Assembly: GCA_021613535.1 (NCBI GenBank)
Contig: CP075493.1
Location: 8,122,001 to 8,186,000, forward strand
Source of the DNA: Adineta vaga
Taxonomy: Eukaryota; Animalia; Rotifera
Length of the DNA stretch: 64,000 nucleotides
Direction: 5' to 3'
In this document: positions 1 through 14,066 of the stretch, piece by piece
How the letters are laid out: every line of letters starts with the position of its first letter
Position numbering within the stretch: the stretch's first letter is position 1
Made by a program: the position numbers and the translations under genes
The notes under the pieces: model-generated
The model's input: only the letters and a program-made list of their open reading frames with translations
The model's database searches: none
Told to the model about the DNA's origin: nothing

Positions 1-1881
1 CATCACCCTAGTGTCAATAACCATTTATTTCTACAGGACAAAGAAAAAGAACGAGAAGAGGCAACAAACTCAAGATCAGTGCATGTTTTCTAGTACTCAA
101 CTATGATTCACTGGAATAAAAAGAGACGGATAAAAGACAAGAAGAAGAAGACGAAGAAGGAAGAGAGAGAGAAAATACAAACTAACAAACAATCCTTGAA
201 CTGTAAAAAAATTAATAGCTGGGACATTTTTCTTGACTTCAACGATTTTTTAATATATATATTCGGAAACATATTATAATTAGTTACATGTTGACAATGC
301 TAAGCAAAATAAAGAAAAGAATGCAGAAGAAAAATATTGATTGAAGTTTTCTCTTTTGTCATTCATTAGATATTCTCATGTAGCAATTAACAATGTGGAC
401 TAATTCTAACAACGATTGTATTATACAAACGATGATTTGATGCACTTAAATACGAAAAAAAGCTATAAAGTTAAATAGATCGTAACTGTCATGGGAGACA
501 TTCGCTTATTAGTAATTGAACGAGAAAAAGATCTTTAGGGAATTGACTATGGTTGACGATTAAGTGAAAAAGAATAGTGACAAAAAAAAGTCGATTAAAT
601 CATATATCTATCGACGAAACAATAGACAACAGTTAATCTTTTTACAATCCTTTTCAGAAACTAATCATACAAGCGATCGTATATTTTCTAAGATATATAA
701 ACATGTGATCAAGCGTATGATCATCAATAACACATATATATTATCATGATTAGTGCACTTGTGGAAATCTAATTTCGTTTTTTTTGTATCTATTGCTTTT
801 TGTTAGTCAAGGCAATTGATGTTAGTCTTTTTGAAAAAGAAAAGCTCAGATTAGTCGAACACAATCACATAAGTAAATCTTAACTCATAATTGATAAGTA
901 GGAATTAATTGCAAAGAAAGTCTTCTTAATACCAGAAAACAGTATCGAAAGGAAAAATGAGCGATTCTTTTCCAATATTACAATATTCCTGAGATAATTA
1001 ATAGATATATGGGATATTGTTATGACATTGAGTCTTTTTTCTGTTTCTGGACAATGTCATCAACAGACTGATTTTAATCTAGCAAGGGAATGCTTGCCGA
1101 GATGTCTCCATTCTTTTTTTTATGTGTCTCACAATGAGATACTATCACACGATCGTCAATGCTGTATTCATGTAAAGTATAGAAATCCTCATTGTATGCA
1201 TGCCATCGGTTGTATGGCGATAATAATCAAATAATCGATGACAAAATGTATTGGAAAGAAAAAGCGAATTAAATCGATGTCTAGTCAATGCTTTCACAAG
1301 TAAGTAAGTAAGTAATCGGCCAAGAAAGTCACATTATTTAGTCTGGTTGATAGCTTTCATTCATTGATGTAACTAAAAACGATTTCCTTATCATAAGAAC
1401 GAAGAAGAAGAAGAAGAAAAAGAAGAAGCCACAAGTAACAATATACACGCAGATACATATATATATCTATATTAAAATCATTAATATGTCCTTAAACACA
1501 TCTGGCTTTATGAAAAAAAAAAGAATTTTCTTATAAACAAAGAGACAAGAGACAAAAGAAAAAAAGAAATACAACAGGATGCAAATCTGTATTGACAACT
1601 GATATTTGAGCTTTGCTCATTGATGAAACAGCATTTATTGAGATGAAATTCTTCTCAAAGAAACTCAATGTAAAATTAACAGTCACTCGAATGATTCGAA
1701 GATTTGTGTAATAAATTTGAACGTATATATCTCGGTTTATCATAATGAGATTGTTTCTCTTGAGCAAGAATAAATGTATTCTTTAAACGTTCAACATTGG
1801 ATTTTAATGCTTGTGATACATCATTATAATTATATTTATTTTCTACCAATTGATTGATTTCTTCAACAGGTTTTATATTAC

Positions 1882-3731
1882 TTAATCAGTATCATCTTCA
1901 CTTGATGTTGTATGTGTTCGAGATGATGGTGGTGGTGCTGGTGATTTATGACGATTTCGTATCGATTTAACGAATATTGGTGGCTTGTGTCGATTTTGCA
2001 TTGACTTCAAAGATGATGGAAGGAATGATGATGGTGGTGGTGGTGGCGGTGGCGGTGGCGGCGGGGGTAATGATGGTGATAATGAAATTTCTTCTTCAAC
2101 TATTTCTGTTGGTTTACTACTGATTTGAATAGCAGTAACACCATCATCATTATTTGATATTGCTGTATTAATGCAAGATAAATTTTCTAATGATAATCGA
2201 TTGAAATGACTTGATTGAATTGGTACTGATTGTTTTGTATTGATGGTAACAGTTGTCCAAAGATCATCTTCATTATTTCGAAATGAAACATTTCTTTGTA
2301 GATCATTGTCAATAATCGGATCTGACTTTTTTTCTTGTTCTTGTTCTTGTTCTTCTTTTTGTACAATAATTGGAATTAATTGAGTTTTAGGTGGTATAGA
2401 TGTTGTTTCATCTTCGAATCGAACTGAACTTCGACGTCGTCCTATGAAAGGCAATTCATTTGTTTGTTCAATACTTTGTCGTGGAGAATTTAAATTTGTT
2501 TGAGTTTGTTGTTCGACAGGATGATGAATTGAATGATGATAACATAAATTCGGTGAAATACTACCATTCTGTTTCAAATGATCTAATCGATGGTAATATT
2601 CTTCAGGAACTACGTAAGGTGGTCGATAAGATTCATAAAATGAACGATGATGCTGAAGTTGACGATGACGAGACGTACGACGAAAACATGGACAACAAAA
2701 ACGTTGAAAACATGATCGTTTTTCAATTTTTCGGTATTGAGGAATCGAAGGATAATAATAAGGATAAAGTTCGTGTTCGTAAATATGTTCATTTGAAGGT
2801 CGACGATTAGGTGTTTGCGAACGAACTCTATCCCGAGATGATCGTGAAATTTGAGAACCATATTCACTCGATTCTTTTTCAATTTTATTTTGTTGTTTTT
2901 GTGCCATTAATTGAGCAAGAAGAACTTTCAATGTTTCAGGTGATTTTTTTGGTTTAGCAAAAAGTTGAAAAGCACGAGCAATTGTATTTAATAAAATTGA
3001 TAAAGTTGTTAACCATCCACCTGAAAAGATTTCTGAGTTTGATTTTTACGAAAGTACATTTCCAAATCTTACCAGCAGGTAAACTGAAGATTTTCCATCG
3101 TGATCGACTGAATATATGATTAGCATCGGATGAACAAACAATCGATTGACTATTTAAACAAAGTTTAATAACACCATCAGTGACAATAATTGTCGCTGAA
3201 ATTGTCAGAAAAGTAAATAAGATAGTTATTACTTCAATAGGAAAACGAAGTAAACGTTCAGTTCGTATGACACGTCGAAAAACAACATGAAGCCAAAGTG
3301 AAATAAATGAAAGAACAAATGCAGATAGATAAGCAATTGATGCAAATTCACATGTATAAACACTACCCCATACAGTTTGTCGATCGATTGTTTCGGTAGA
3401 GAAATGTGTTGCATTATCGCGAAGATAAAGTTTAGCATATAATGGACATCTAATGAAGCAAAAGTATACATCGATACATGAATAAAGAGATTTATAAGGA
3501 AACCTTGAATATGTGAGCTTACTGTTCAGAGAATTCATTTCGTAATATGGCAACAATAATCGCTGTGTATAATGAAAATATCATGACGATTAAATCTAAA
3601 AAATCTATTGCACGCCAAAGCCGTTTATCTAACTGATGAACTGGTAGTTTATTTGTTGCTGCAGAAGCTGCTGATGATGATGATGATGAAGCACTAAGCA
3701 ATTCAAAATTTGATTGATTTGAACTAACCAT
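1882..3731 (-). CDS. TMEM179-family four-TM membrane protein with long Pro/Ser/Arg-rich C-terminal tail (3 exons, about 574 aa)
   Basis: Exons 3731-3523, 3449-3073 and 3020-1882 join in frame via GTAAG..AG introns. The spliced product reads NEFSEQCPLYAKL...VWGSVYTCEF...IVTDGVIKLC...VCS, matching the TMEM179/179B pattern (FxxxCPLY, WG...CxF, G...LC...C). Four hydrophobic segments are followed by a tail of about 350 aa with FCCPC and poly-Pro. Confidence 0.7.
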
Positions 3732-4385
3732 CGTCTTTTCTTTTTTTGTTTTGAATTAAAAAAGTTCTCACGAAAAGAAGAAAATGTAACTCCAAAAACT
3801 TTGTTTCTTTCTTTTTGAATGAGTGATACACTTGTTCCTTCTTTCGTTTTGATTTAAGTTAATGAACTAGTATGTGTAGGACGTCCACAATTTTATCTCA
3901 TATATTCAAGGTCATTTTGTAGGATGAAATAATTGTACAATAATGAAAACATCGATGTACATATATGCAAAAAAGGATCAGAGAATAAACTCATAAATGT
4001 CAAGGTTTGCATGAGAACGATTTCGTTGAAATACAATTCATTATTACAGAAATAATTATTATCATTTAATTTTTTATGAACTATTACACCATACATCCAC
4101 CCACGCAATTATTTGTTACGAAAGTTCTATACTGTTTATCTCTTTTTTTTGCTTTTGCATAAGATATTTCATCATTACTTCCTTTCGATGTTTAGTAATT
4201 TCATAATAACAACCAATTCTTTTTTTTTCTTCTATCGTTGAGCAATAAACCAATCGTACGTTTCGATCAATGTAGAAAAAAAAAGTTTCTATTTTTTTTG
4301 CTTGATGTCGATATCCTTCGTACATAAAAGAATCACGAAAAACCGAGAAATGAAAGAGAAAAAATGCTTTCTTTTGCTTTTCTTC

Positions 4386-4477
4386 ATGACTCATGTTATT
4401 GTGTAATGACGTGTTATTGCGTTTCACGCTCTCTCTTCTTGCAGCCCGCTATGCTCCATTGCACTCGCGTATATAAA
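4386..4477 (+). promoter_or_regulatory. Putative promoter of the bZIP gene: clustered bZIP-type sites and TATA box
   Basis: ATGACTCAT (AP-1) at 4386-4394, ATTGTGTAAT (C/EBP/PAR-like) at 4398-4407, TGACGTG (CRE/UPRE-like) at 4407-4413, TATATAAA at 4470-4477. A GTAAGT donor at 4664 suggests a 5'UTR exon. Confidence 0.5.
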
Positions 4478-5108
4478 TACAGGAGAATTTCTAGTTTTTC
4501 TTTTATTTTATACATCAATGACAGAGTGAATCTAACTTTCGAATAATCCTTACATCGTTTTCATTTCAAAATTATTATGCCTCGTAAACTAGACTAAATC
4601 TTCTACAAAATTTACAAGATCAACTACACACAACATTCATCTAACGGCAATTTGATTTTATTGGTAAGTTTTTTCTTTTTCCTCATCCCATTGATAATAT
4701 TTAAGGAATTTTCCGCTTGTTGACAGTCTAGGAATATTCACTCATACCCTAACATTCTTCTTTGTGAACAAGTAAAGATTAATAGTCACGAAAAAACCTT
4801 TACAGTGAGTCAGCATTGGGAAAAAGATGGTGCAATAACACTGCATGTAATTGCGAAATATTTTTGTGAGAAGGAAGAGGGAGAAAGTGTCTGCATAAAA
4901 AGACAAAAAACTTTCCACATTAACATCATTTCTATCAACACAGACGCGCCTAGACACATTCGTTCACTTTTTACTCTTCATCAGATACAGTGTCAGTTCA
5001 TATTCTCTGTCATAATCGTATTTTTGAAGCCACACTTACTGTGTCTGATCAACAAAGATACGATAAACATTCTACTGCTTTTCTTTCATCTATTGATAAT
5101 CCAACAAC

Positions 5109-6019
5109 ATGTCCCACATTGAGTATACCAACCAGCTTACACAGCCAGGAAAATTAATCCTTCCGGCAAAATTACCAGCAGTTTCTCCATCGGTAAGAGT
5201 GATCATACTTATGCTAAAATCAAACCTGAACCTATAGAAAAATTAGAGAATGATATTCATGATAGTCAGCAAGCAGATGATAAATTATCATCAACGGCAG
5301 CAGCTCATGCAGCCATTATGAAAATCAAGTCTGAGTTAAAATACTTCTGTTCACTTCAGGTACAAAATCCCAACGAATCACAAACAAGTGTTCTTAATAC
5401 CGACGTTGATCCTTTCTTATCAACTGACTATACAACTCTTGAACCTTCTTTTGACTTATCCTTGAACGATAATTGGCCTACGGATTTTGATCTTGATTCA
5501 TTTGATCAATTATTTTCTCCAGAATTGGATATGACTTATAAAGAATATTCCGATATGTCTATGGAACAAGACAACAACTATTTTCCACATGTTGGCATGA
5601 CTACCGACATATCTACAACATCATCAAATCATGATGAAAATACAGCTTCTTCAGCTAGTTCTACATCTGATGACAACGAACGTGATGATATCAATCGACG
5701 TGGCTTGAAGAAAAGTGGTGGTCCTTTACGAAAACTAGCTCGATTTGGTAACAAACAAGTCGTGAAATATTCCAATGAATATCATGATCGACGAGTAAAA
5801 AATAATGAAGCTGTTAAGAAAAGTCGAATGAAAGCCAAGGAAAAACAAAAAGATACAGAATCGAAAATGACACAATTATCAAATGAAAATCGTACATTAA
5901 CTGATCGTGTTGATCTGTTGATGAAGGAATTGCAAGTGTTAAAATCACTTTACAAAGAACTCAATCAAGATTTACCAACATCAGCTGTTAAAGCACTTGA
6001 ACGCGTTAATGTACGTTAA
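5109..6019 (+). CDS. C/EBP-family bZIP transcription factor
   Basis: C-terminal KYSNEYHDRRVKNNEAVKKSRMKAK basic region plus leucine zipper, typical of C/EBP. Likely exons are 5109-5192 and 5360-6019 (TCG|gtaag...ttcag|GTA, phase 0). Confidence 0.85.
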
Positions 6020-7087
6020 ATGAATCGCATAGTCAATAATACTATGAAGTTTAATTTTTAGTATTATCAAACCAAGAGAATAGACTCTCATTTCTAGTTT
6101 AGAACTTTTGATTTGTAATATAATCAAGAGCTATTTCTGTATCATGTATTGTTGTTCTTGTATTTATAGATAAAAAACGAAACAACTTTAAATCCTCTCT
6201 GTAATATTGTTATTTTGATTTTATTGGTATGTTTGTTTTCTGTATATTTTATTTTTCAAAATTACATAATAAAATCAAAAAATAAAATCAAATTCTTTTC
6301 AATTTATTTAATCAAGAACAGAATTTGATTGATGAAAACCTTGCTTTAGAAATGATATACTGAATTTGTTATAAAAATAGCTAACCTCTAGGAGAGCAAT
6401 GAATACAGGCAATCGTGTGAATCGTAGTATTGATCTAGAGATTAATATATGAAATTTCAAGTCGTTTTACAAATAATCAAAGTAAGTATGTATTGAATTT
6501 TTATCCAATAGAATTAATACTATTTATCACTATGGTATCATAGTTACACAAACAATTCGACGTATCCATTGAGAAAACGAGTAAGGATCTGATTTTAGTC
6601 TTTTCGATAGTACAAATGCTTATTTGATTGGCAGCTGACTTAAATTTCACAGATTAGTGAGAGAAAAGAATAGTCCAACATGATATGAAATTACAAAGTA
6701 CAATTTATTAATATTGACTTTTGCACTTCTTTTCGTTTCGTTTTATCTTTCAATAGATAGGATGCATATTTCTTTTTCTTTTCTTGTCACCTATGAAATA
6801 CACGGTTGATATGTGTGTAAGCAACGTGATATCGAATGTAATACTCTAGATGATATTTCTATACAATCTTTTTCGTTTCTAATAGATGAAAAGAGAAATG
6901 TTGCACAAATATTTTTCACACTTTGCATTCCTTATCTAATTGATAAGTTATATAAACTAAACGAAAATAACCATCTTCTTTCCTCATTTAAATCATCCGC
7001 AATTTATAGACAACTTTATCTGACAATCTACGAAACATCTTCATTTCGTCAAACGTTCACAATTGTTTCTCAATACATTCAGAAAGA

Positions 7088-9317
7088 ATGTTTGTTGTAA
7101 TAATCACGGCAATAGTCGTAGTCATTAGTATTTTACTTCAATATTGTTTTTCACTATTTGAAATTCTATTTAAAAAACCATTACCACCAAAAGGTGCTGT
7201 TGAAATTGATCCAAACGAACATATCTATGCACATCCAGATTACGCTGATAAATTACAAGATCCAAAAACATTCGAAGTACAAACAATATATGAAGGTTAT
7301 TTACATGGTGTTCAAATAGGTGGCGATCTTCCTCACTTCTCATATCGACAATCATCTGATCAACAATTTAAATCGTATTCATATAAGTAAGTGAGAGATT
7401 AGATCGAAAGAATGAAATATCTTTGTTATCGATAGACAAGTATTCGAAATTATTAAAGAGATTGGTAGTGGTGTTGTTTATACTGGCCTTGAACCATCGA
7501 ATAAAACCTTTTTTGGTATCTATGGCTCATGTACAGTTAATTATGCATTATGTCTTTATTCAGCTTGGCCATATTCAATGGTACCAATTGGTATTTATGA
7601 TTCACTTGGCCGTGATGGTGTCAGATTTATAATCAAACAAAGTGAGGTACAATTGATTTTTGCTGATGATCTTCAGCGTGTAAAGAATTTAATCGAATGG
7701 AAAGACGATGCATCAGCATTGAAAACAATCGTTTCTTTTCTTCAAACTACAGATGAATTAATTCAACAAGCAAAAGAAAAAAGTTTGACTCTTATTACTT
7801 TTGAGCAACTTAGAGAAAATGGTAGAAATAACCTTATTGATGTTGTACCACCGAAACCAAGTGATACAGCAATGATTATGTATACAAGTGGAAGTACTGG
7901 AGAACCTAAAGGTAAAATTATCCGACCATATTTACAACATGACTATTCTATGATCTCGAAATATATAGGTTGTATTGTTACACATGAAAATTTTGTTTAT
8001 GCTATGTATGGCATTGCATCAGCTCTTAATGTATTGCAAACAAAAGAAATTCCACGTGTATTAAATTATTTACCATTAGCACATCTGTTTGGTTGTGGAA
8101 CCCTCATTTGTATTACTTATTTAGGTATTATTTAACTTTTTATTTCTATCACAAATATCTATTTTGAATCTTTAGGAGGAGAAATTGGTTTTTGGCAAGG
8201 TAAAGTAGATAAATTAGTTGACGATTTTCATGATTTTCAACCAACCCTTATTACGATGGTGCCTCGTCTATTAAACAAGCTCTATGACAAAGTTCGATCT
8301 GAACTACGGAAGAAGGGTCTTATTGGACGTATTCTTTTTCGAATGGCTGTTCGAATTAAACTAGAATTAATTCGACGAGGAAATTTTTCACAAGATACCA
8401 TTTGGGATAAACTTATCTTCAATAAAATTCGTCAATCTTTTGGTGGTAAAGTAAATCGAGTTATTTCGTCCAGTGCACCCCTATCTCCTGATGTATGTCG
8501 ATTTTCTCGTGCTGCTTTTTCTTGCTTTTTTGTTGAAAGTTATGGTCAAACAGAATGCGTTATTGGTTGTTCACAGACTGTTCATGATATAGAATCAGGT
8601 GAAACAGGTATTCCAACATCACTAAATCATGTTAAATTAGTTGATGTACCGGAAAAAAATTATTATGCAAAAGATGGTGTGGGTGAAATTTGCATTCGAA
8701 GCAAAGCTGTATTTAAAGGTTATTTGAAAGATGAAGCTAAAACGCGTGAAGCAATTGATGAACAAGGATGGCTACATACTGGTGATATTGGTCGGTGGAC
8801 ACCACATCGAACAATGCGAATTGTTGATCGGAAGAAAAATATGTATAAAGTTAGTATTCAACATCTTTATTAGTTTCGAATTAAAATCTCGTTCTCAATT
8901 TTCCAGTTGAGTCAAGGTGAATATGTGGCACCAGAAAAGATCGAAGATGTCTATGCACGAAGTCGATTTATTTCGCAGCTCTTCGTCTATGGTGATTCAT
9001 TTCAAAGCTTTCTCGTTGCTGTTGTTCTTCTCAATGATGATTTTGTCAAGAAATGGACAGAAACTGAAGGCAACAATTTACCATCATCTGAATTCGACAA
9101 CAAACTCAAACAAGTCGTTCTTGATGACATGATTCGCGAAGGTAAAAAACGTGGTCTCATGTCATATGAACAAGTCAAAGCAATCGACTTTATCAAAGAA
9201 CCATTCACGATCGAAAATGGTCTTCTCACACCAACATTCAAAGCACGAAGATATGCAGTCGAAAAGAAATACAAAGATCTTTTCGAGAAGATCTACAAGA
9301 GGGTGAACAATGCTTGA
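7088..9317 (+). CDS. ACSL: Long-chain fatty acyl-CoA synthetase (ACSL1/5/6-like), copy 1, 5 exons
   Basis: N-terminal TM helix; motifs YTSGSTGEPKG, YLPLAH, YGQTE, GWLHTGDIG, DRKKN, SQGEYVAPEKIE and NGLLTPTFK. Confidence 0.95.
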
Positions 9318-9415
9318 AATATCGTTGTAATTTACTGTGTTTTTTTTTTAAATTTTTTTTTGTTCAATTTGAAATAATGTGATTATGAATGGAGGATAAG
9401 AATAGAAGTCACTAA
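8640..9415 (+). repeat. Near-identical duplicated block of the ACSL pair (partner about 13390-14165), including an intron and 3'UTR
   Basis: Direct comparison: the last exon differs at only a few nt, and the last intron and about 100 nt of 3'UTR are also shared. Confidence 0.9.
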
Positions 9416-11826
9416 GTAAAAAAGCATTATTATACTGATCAAGACATATGATAGAGGCTCAGATTTGTTTGAATCTATGAACGTAATCTATAGAATAGTA
9501 TCTAATTGTATCTTACGATGAAAACGGCTGTTTTTTTTTGAATGAAGCAGTTATTATGAAATCAAAGTCGTAATAATGCAATAATATCAAGTAACGAATG
9601 AACAGAAATATGAAATTGACTGTTCATTTTGTAGCGCATCCAAAACCTTAGTACTCAATTTATTTATTTTTGTATAAATAGTAATATAATTATAATATAA
9701 GTGTTTCTATAAATTCAAAGGTGACTAACAAACATTCTAAAATTAGATATTGAGTATGTGATATTTTCTCATTTTTATTAACGAACTACTGGTATAGTTT
9801 TAGACATGTCAGCATCTACCTTGGGAACTTGAAATAAAGATTGAAATTGTTCTGTAACCTATCTTTATTTCGACGCTATCGTGTCTCAAAGATGTATTTC
9901 ACATTGTCTGGAATGTTACTTACAATAAAAAGAATTCCACAATTTCAAATTATAAACAAACACGTGTCGATGCTGATTAAAAGAGTTGACTGATCTCATT
10001 CTTTTTTCTCCGTCTTAATTATACTATATACCGTCTATTAAACTAAAATATATGTTATTTAGTTGAAATCAGCATCGATCTAATTCAAACACATTGATGT
10101 GTATGATGAAAAAGAACAGAATAACTTGATATTTGCTTTCTTTATATTAAAAACTTTCTCGGATTTTTAACTCGACATCCAATAAAAAACATATTCCAGA
10201 CTTTACCTTATTTTATCAACATTTCGAATAGCAGACATACCAAACAGAAATAAAATGTATGAAAAACATGGTTTAATTAACATACGTACAAGACGTAAGG
10301 ACCACCATAGATCAATATCATCTACTTCAAACGTACAATTAATATTCGACCGTAATACAAAAGAAAAAGAAAAAATGTATCTTTCATCAGAATGGTTAGA
10401 AGAAACATCTCCATAGTTTACAGTTTTATCAGATTGTTTGATTTCAAAAACTAATCATCATACTATAATTATCGATATATCAGTTATGCTTTAAGTACAT
10501 TTTCTTTGAATTAGATTTAAATATAGATAAGATTATTTTTTTTCTCTCATTTCATTTAATATCCTCTATACAATAATACAAGTTTTTCAGCACCGTCTCT
10601 TTCGAGTGAAAAATAAGTAAGGCCTTTTCTCAAATCTAAGTTGTATTATAGACAGAAAGAGAAACTAAGACGATAAATCTTCAGCAGTTACTACTAAAAG
10701 TCAGAACAGAATGAAAAACAGAACAGAAAAAAACGAGCTCAAGGTCGTCATATCCATTACTAGTCATGTGATTGTATTTCTCTCTCCCTCTCTGTCTGTC
10801 TGTCGCAGTTGTAGAATCATAGTAGATACTTTACATTCTTTTAACACGTATACAAAAACATATATTAATACAATCCCGATTAAACATAAACATATTCGAT
10901 ACTTCTGTAAGTCACATGACACTTGATAATGTTTTTATATCTATCTTTTGTTATAAACATATATTGAGAGAATCAAAATTGTATTGATTATCTTATAAAC
11001 TAAATATAACGTCAAAATTCGAACATATTCGTTTGATGATTATTAGTATTATTATTCCGTTAATCAGAAAATCAATCTATTTATCTAGATGATTTGTAGT
11101 AAACATAAGTTATACAAAAGAATGAAAGCTATAATTAACCTTGTTATCAAGAATTGTTGATATGATATTATAGTACCAAAGACGACTAGATCTTTTCGTT
11201 CGAAGCATGTGCTATGACAAAAGTTTAAGATTGTTTTATCTCTTATCATTTGTGTCTATTCAATTTATATTCAAATGTAAATAATAGTAAAGGAGGATTT
11301 TTTCTCAAACAAATATTTTACATGATAAAAACTAACAAATTCTTTTAAATTTTGAAAAATATTCGAATAGAAAATAAAATAAATCATTTGATACGGTTAA
11401 CATAGAAGATATATATTTGAAAGGTAGATTTTCTTTTGTGTTCTTATGCTGATGACCTATATTATTTCGATTTTACTCTAAAGCACAGAGACAGCTGCAT
11501 ACGTTCGTTTTCTCTTTTACAGTGTATTTTTATTGATGAATAGATGCGTACAAAAGCGCAAGAACAATCACGTCATATTGTACGATAAATGGAAAACATT
11601 TCAAGATTTTTTTTTCTATAAGAGACAAGTTTGTTTTTAAATTTTTCTAGTATGTATATTTATTATCTACCTGAAAGAATATATTGTTTAGATAAAAACC
11701 ATTCATGTCTCTTATTTTTTTTCTCTTCTAGTATATCGATACAATAAGTAAGTCGTCTCAAATTCTTTATCCAAGTAAGTAAATCATATTTTTGTGTTGT
11801 ATTTTACAGTAAAAACAACGCCAGTT

Positions 11827-14066
11827 ATGTGCATCGCTATTACTACTGCTTTGGTGGTAATAATTACTGTTTTGATTGAATATGTATTTTCATTTTTACA
11901 AATTCTTTTGAAAAAACCGTTACCACCGACCGGTGCTGTTGAGATAGATGCTGAAGAACATATCTATGCACATCCACAATGTACTCATCAATTACGAGAA
12001 GTAAAATCATTTGGTGTAGAAACATTATATGATGTTCTTCAACATGGTATTAAAATTTCTGGTGATCGACCGTTGTTTTCGTTTCGTGAAGGATCAAATC
12101 AACCATTTAAATCTTATACTCATAAGTAAGTAATAGAATAACTACAAATGACGAAAATTATCCCTTATCGTATTAGACAAGTACATGACATTATTAAAGA
12201 GATTGGTAGTGGTGCTATTGGAACTGGTCTTGAACCATCTAATGAAACATTTACAGGTGTTTATGGTTCAGCATCAGTCAATTATGCATTATGTCTTTAT
12301 TCTGCTTGGCCATATTCGATGGTACCGGTTGGTATTTATGATTCACTTGGCCGTGATGGTGTCAGATTTATTATAAAACAAACAGAAGTGAAGTTAATCT
12401 TTGCTGATGATCTTCAGCGTGTAAAAAATTTAATCGAATGGAAAGATGATGCATTAGCATTGAAAACAATCGTTTCTTTTCTTCAACCCACAGATGAATT
12501 AATTCAACAAGCAAAAGAAAAGAATTTAACTCTAGTCACACTTGACGAATTGAGAGCAATGGGTCGAAGTAAACCTGTTGAATTCGTTTTACCGAAACCA
12601 ACTGATACAGCTGTAATTATGTATACAAGTGGAAGTACTGGAGAACCTAAAGGTAAAGTAATTTATCAAGAGTTCTTAGGAGACCATTTTGTGATATTTA
12701 GGTTGTGTTATTACACATGAAGGTTTCCTCAATGCTTTATTTGGAATCGTCACAGCTGTTGATATTCTCGATACACTTAAAACAAAAGAAGTTCCACGTG
12801 CATTAAATTATCTACCATTAGCACATATGTTTGGTTGTGGAACAATTGTAGCTATAACATATCTAGGTAGGTATTCAGTGCCCTTTGTAATGTTACGAAA
12901 CAAAATACTTTCGTTTACTTATAGGAGGAGAAATTGGTTTTTGGCAAGGTAAAGTAGATAAATTAGTCGACGATTTTCATGATTTTCGACCAACTATTCT
13001 TACGATGGTGCCTCGTCTATTAAACAAGCTCTATGACAAAGTTCGATCTGAACTACGGAAAAAAGGTCTTATTGGACGTATTCTTTTTCGAATGGCTGTT
13101 CGAATTAAACTAGAATTAATTCGACGAGGAAATTTTTCACAAGATACCATTTGGGATAAACTAATCTTCAATAAAATTCGTCAATCTTTTGGTGGTAAAG
13201 TAAATCGAGTCGTTTCAACAAGTGCTCCGCTTTCAGCAGAAGTTTGTGGATTTTCTCGTGCTGCTTTTTCATGTATGTTTATCGAATGTTATGGTCAAAC
13301 AGAATGTGTGATAGGTTGTTCGCAAACACCAAATGATGTTAAACCAGGTGAAACAGGTATTCCCACAACAATGAATTATATTAAATTAGTTGATGTATCG
13401 GAAAAAGATTATTATGCAAAAGATGGTGTGGGTGAAATTTGCATTCGAAGCAAAGCTGTATTTAAAGGTTATTTGAAAGATGAAGCTAAAACGCGTGAAG
13501 CAATTGATGAACAAGGATGGCTACATACTGGTGATATTGGTCGATGGACTCCACATCGAACAATGCGAATTGTTGATCGAAAGAAAAATATGTATAAAGT
13601 TAGTGTTCACGATTTTTATTAGTTTCGAATTAAAATCTCGTTCTCAATTTTCTAGTTGAGTCAAGGTGAATATGTGGCACCGGAAAAGATCGAAGATGTC
13701 TATGCACGAAGTCGATTTATTTCGCAGCTCTTCGTCTATGGTGATTCATTCGAAAGTTTTCTCGTTGCTGTTGTTCTTCTCAATGATGATTTTGTCAAGA
13801 AATGGACAGAAACTGAAGGCAACAATTTACCATCATCTGAATTCGACAACAAACTTAAACAAGTCGTTCTTGATGACATGATTCGCGAAGGTAAAAAACG
13901 TGGTCTCATGTCATATGAACAAGTCAAAGCAATCGACTTTATCAAAGAACCATTCACGATCGAAAATGGTCTTCTCACACCAACATTCAAAGCACGAAGA
14001 TATGCAGTTGAAAAGAAATACAAAGATCTTTTCGAGAAGATCTACAAGAGGGTGAACAATGCTTGA
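11827..14066 (+). CDS. ACSL: Long-chain fatty acyl-CoA synthetase (ACSL1/5/6-like), copy 2 (tandem duplicate)
   Basis: Same motifs and intron positions as copy 1. ATG at 11827 (MCIAITTALVVII). Confidence 0.95.

Noticed and set aside
1-40. Possible minus-strand acceptor and ATG (MVIDTRVM) running off the left edge
   Set aside because: Too little sequence to support a call.
564-1767. Short intergenic ORFs here and elsewhere (for example 34237-34969, 61001-61350)
   Set aside because: Low-complexity AT-rich or microsatellite-derived, often with non-ATG starts and no motifs.
5195-5320. XBP1-like features (DHTY motif, CGGCAGC) suggesting IRE1 splicing
   Set aside because: The bZIP is C-terminal and C/EBP-type, and no second CNGCAG stem-loop is evident.
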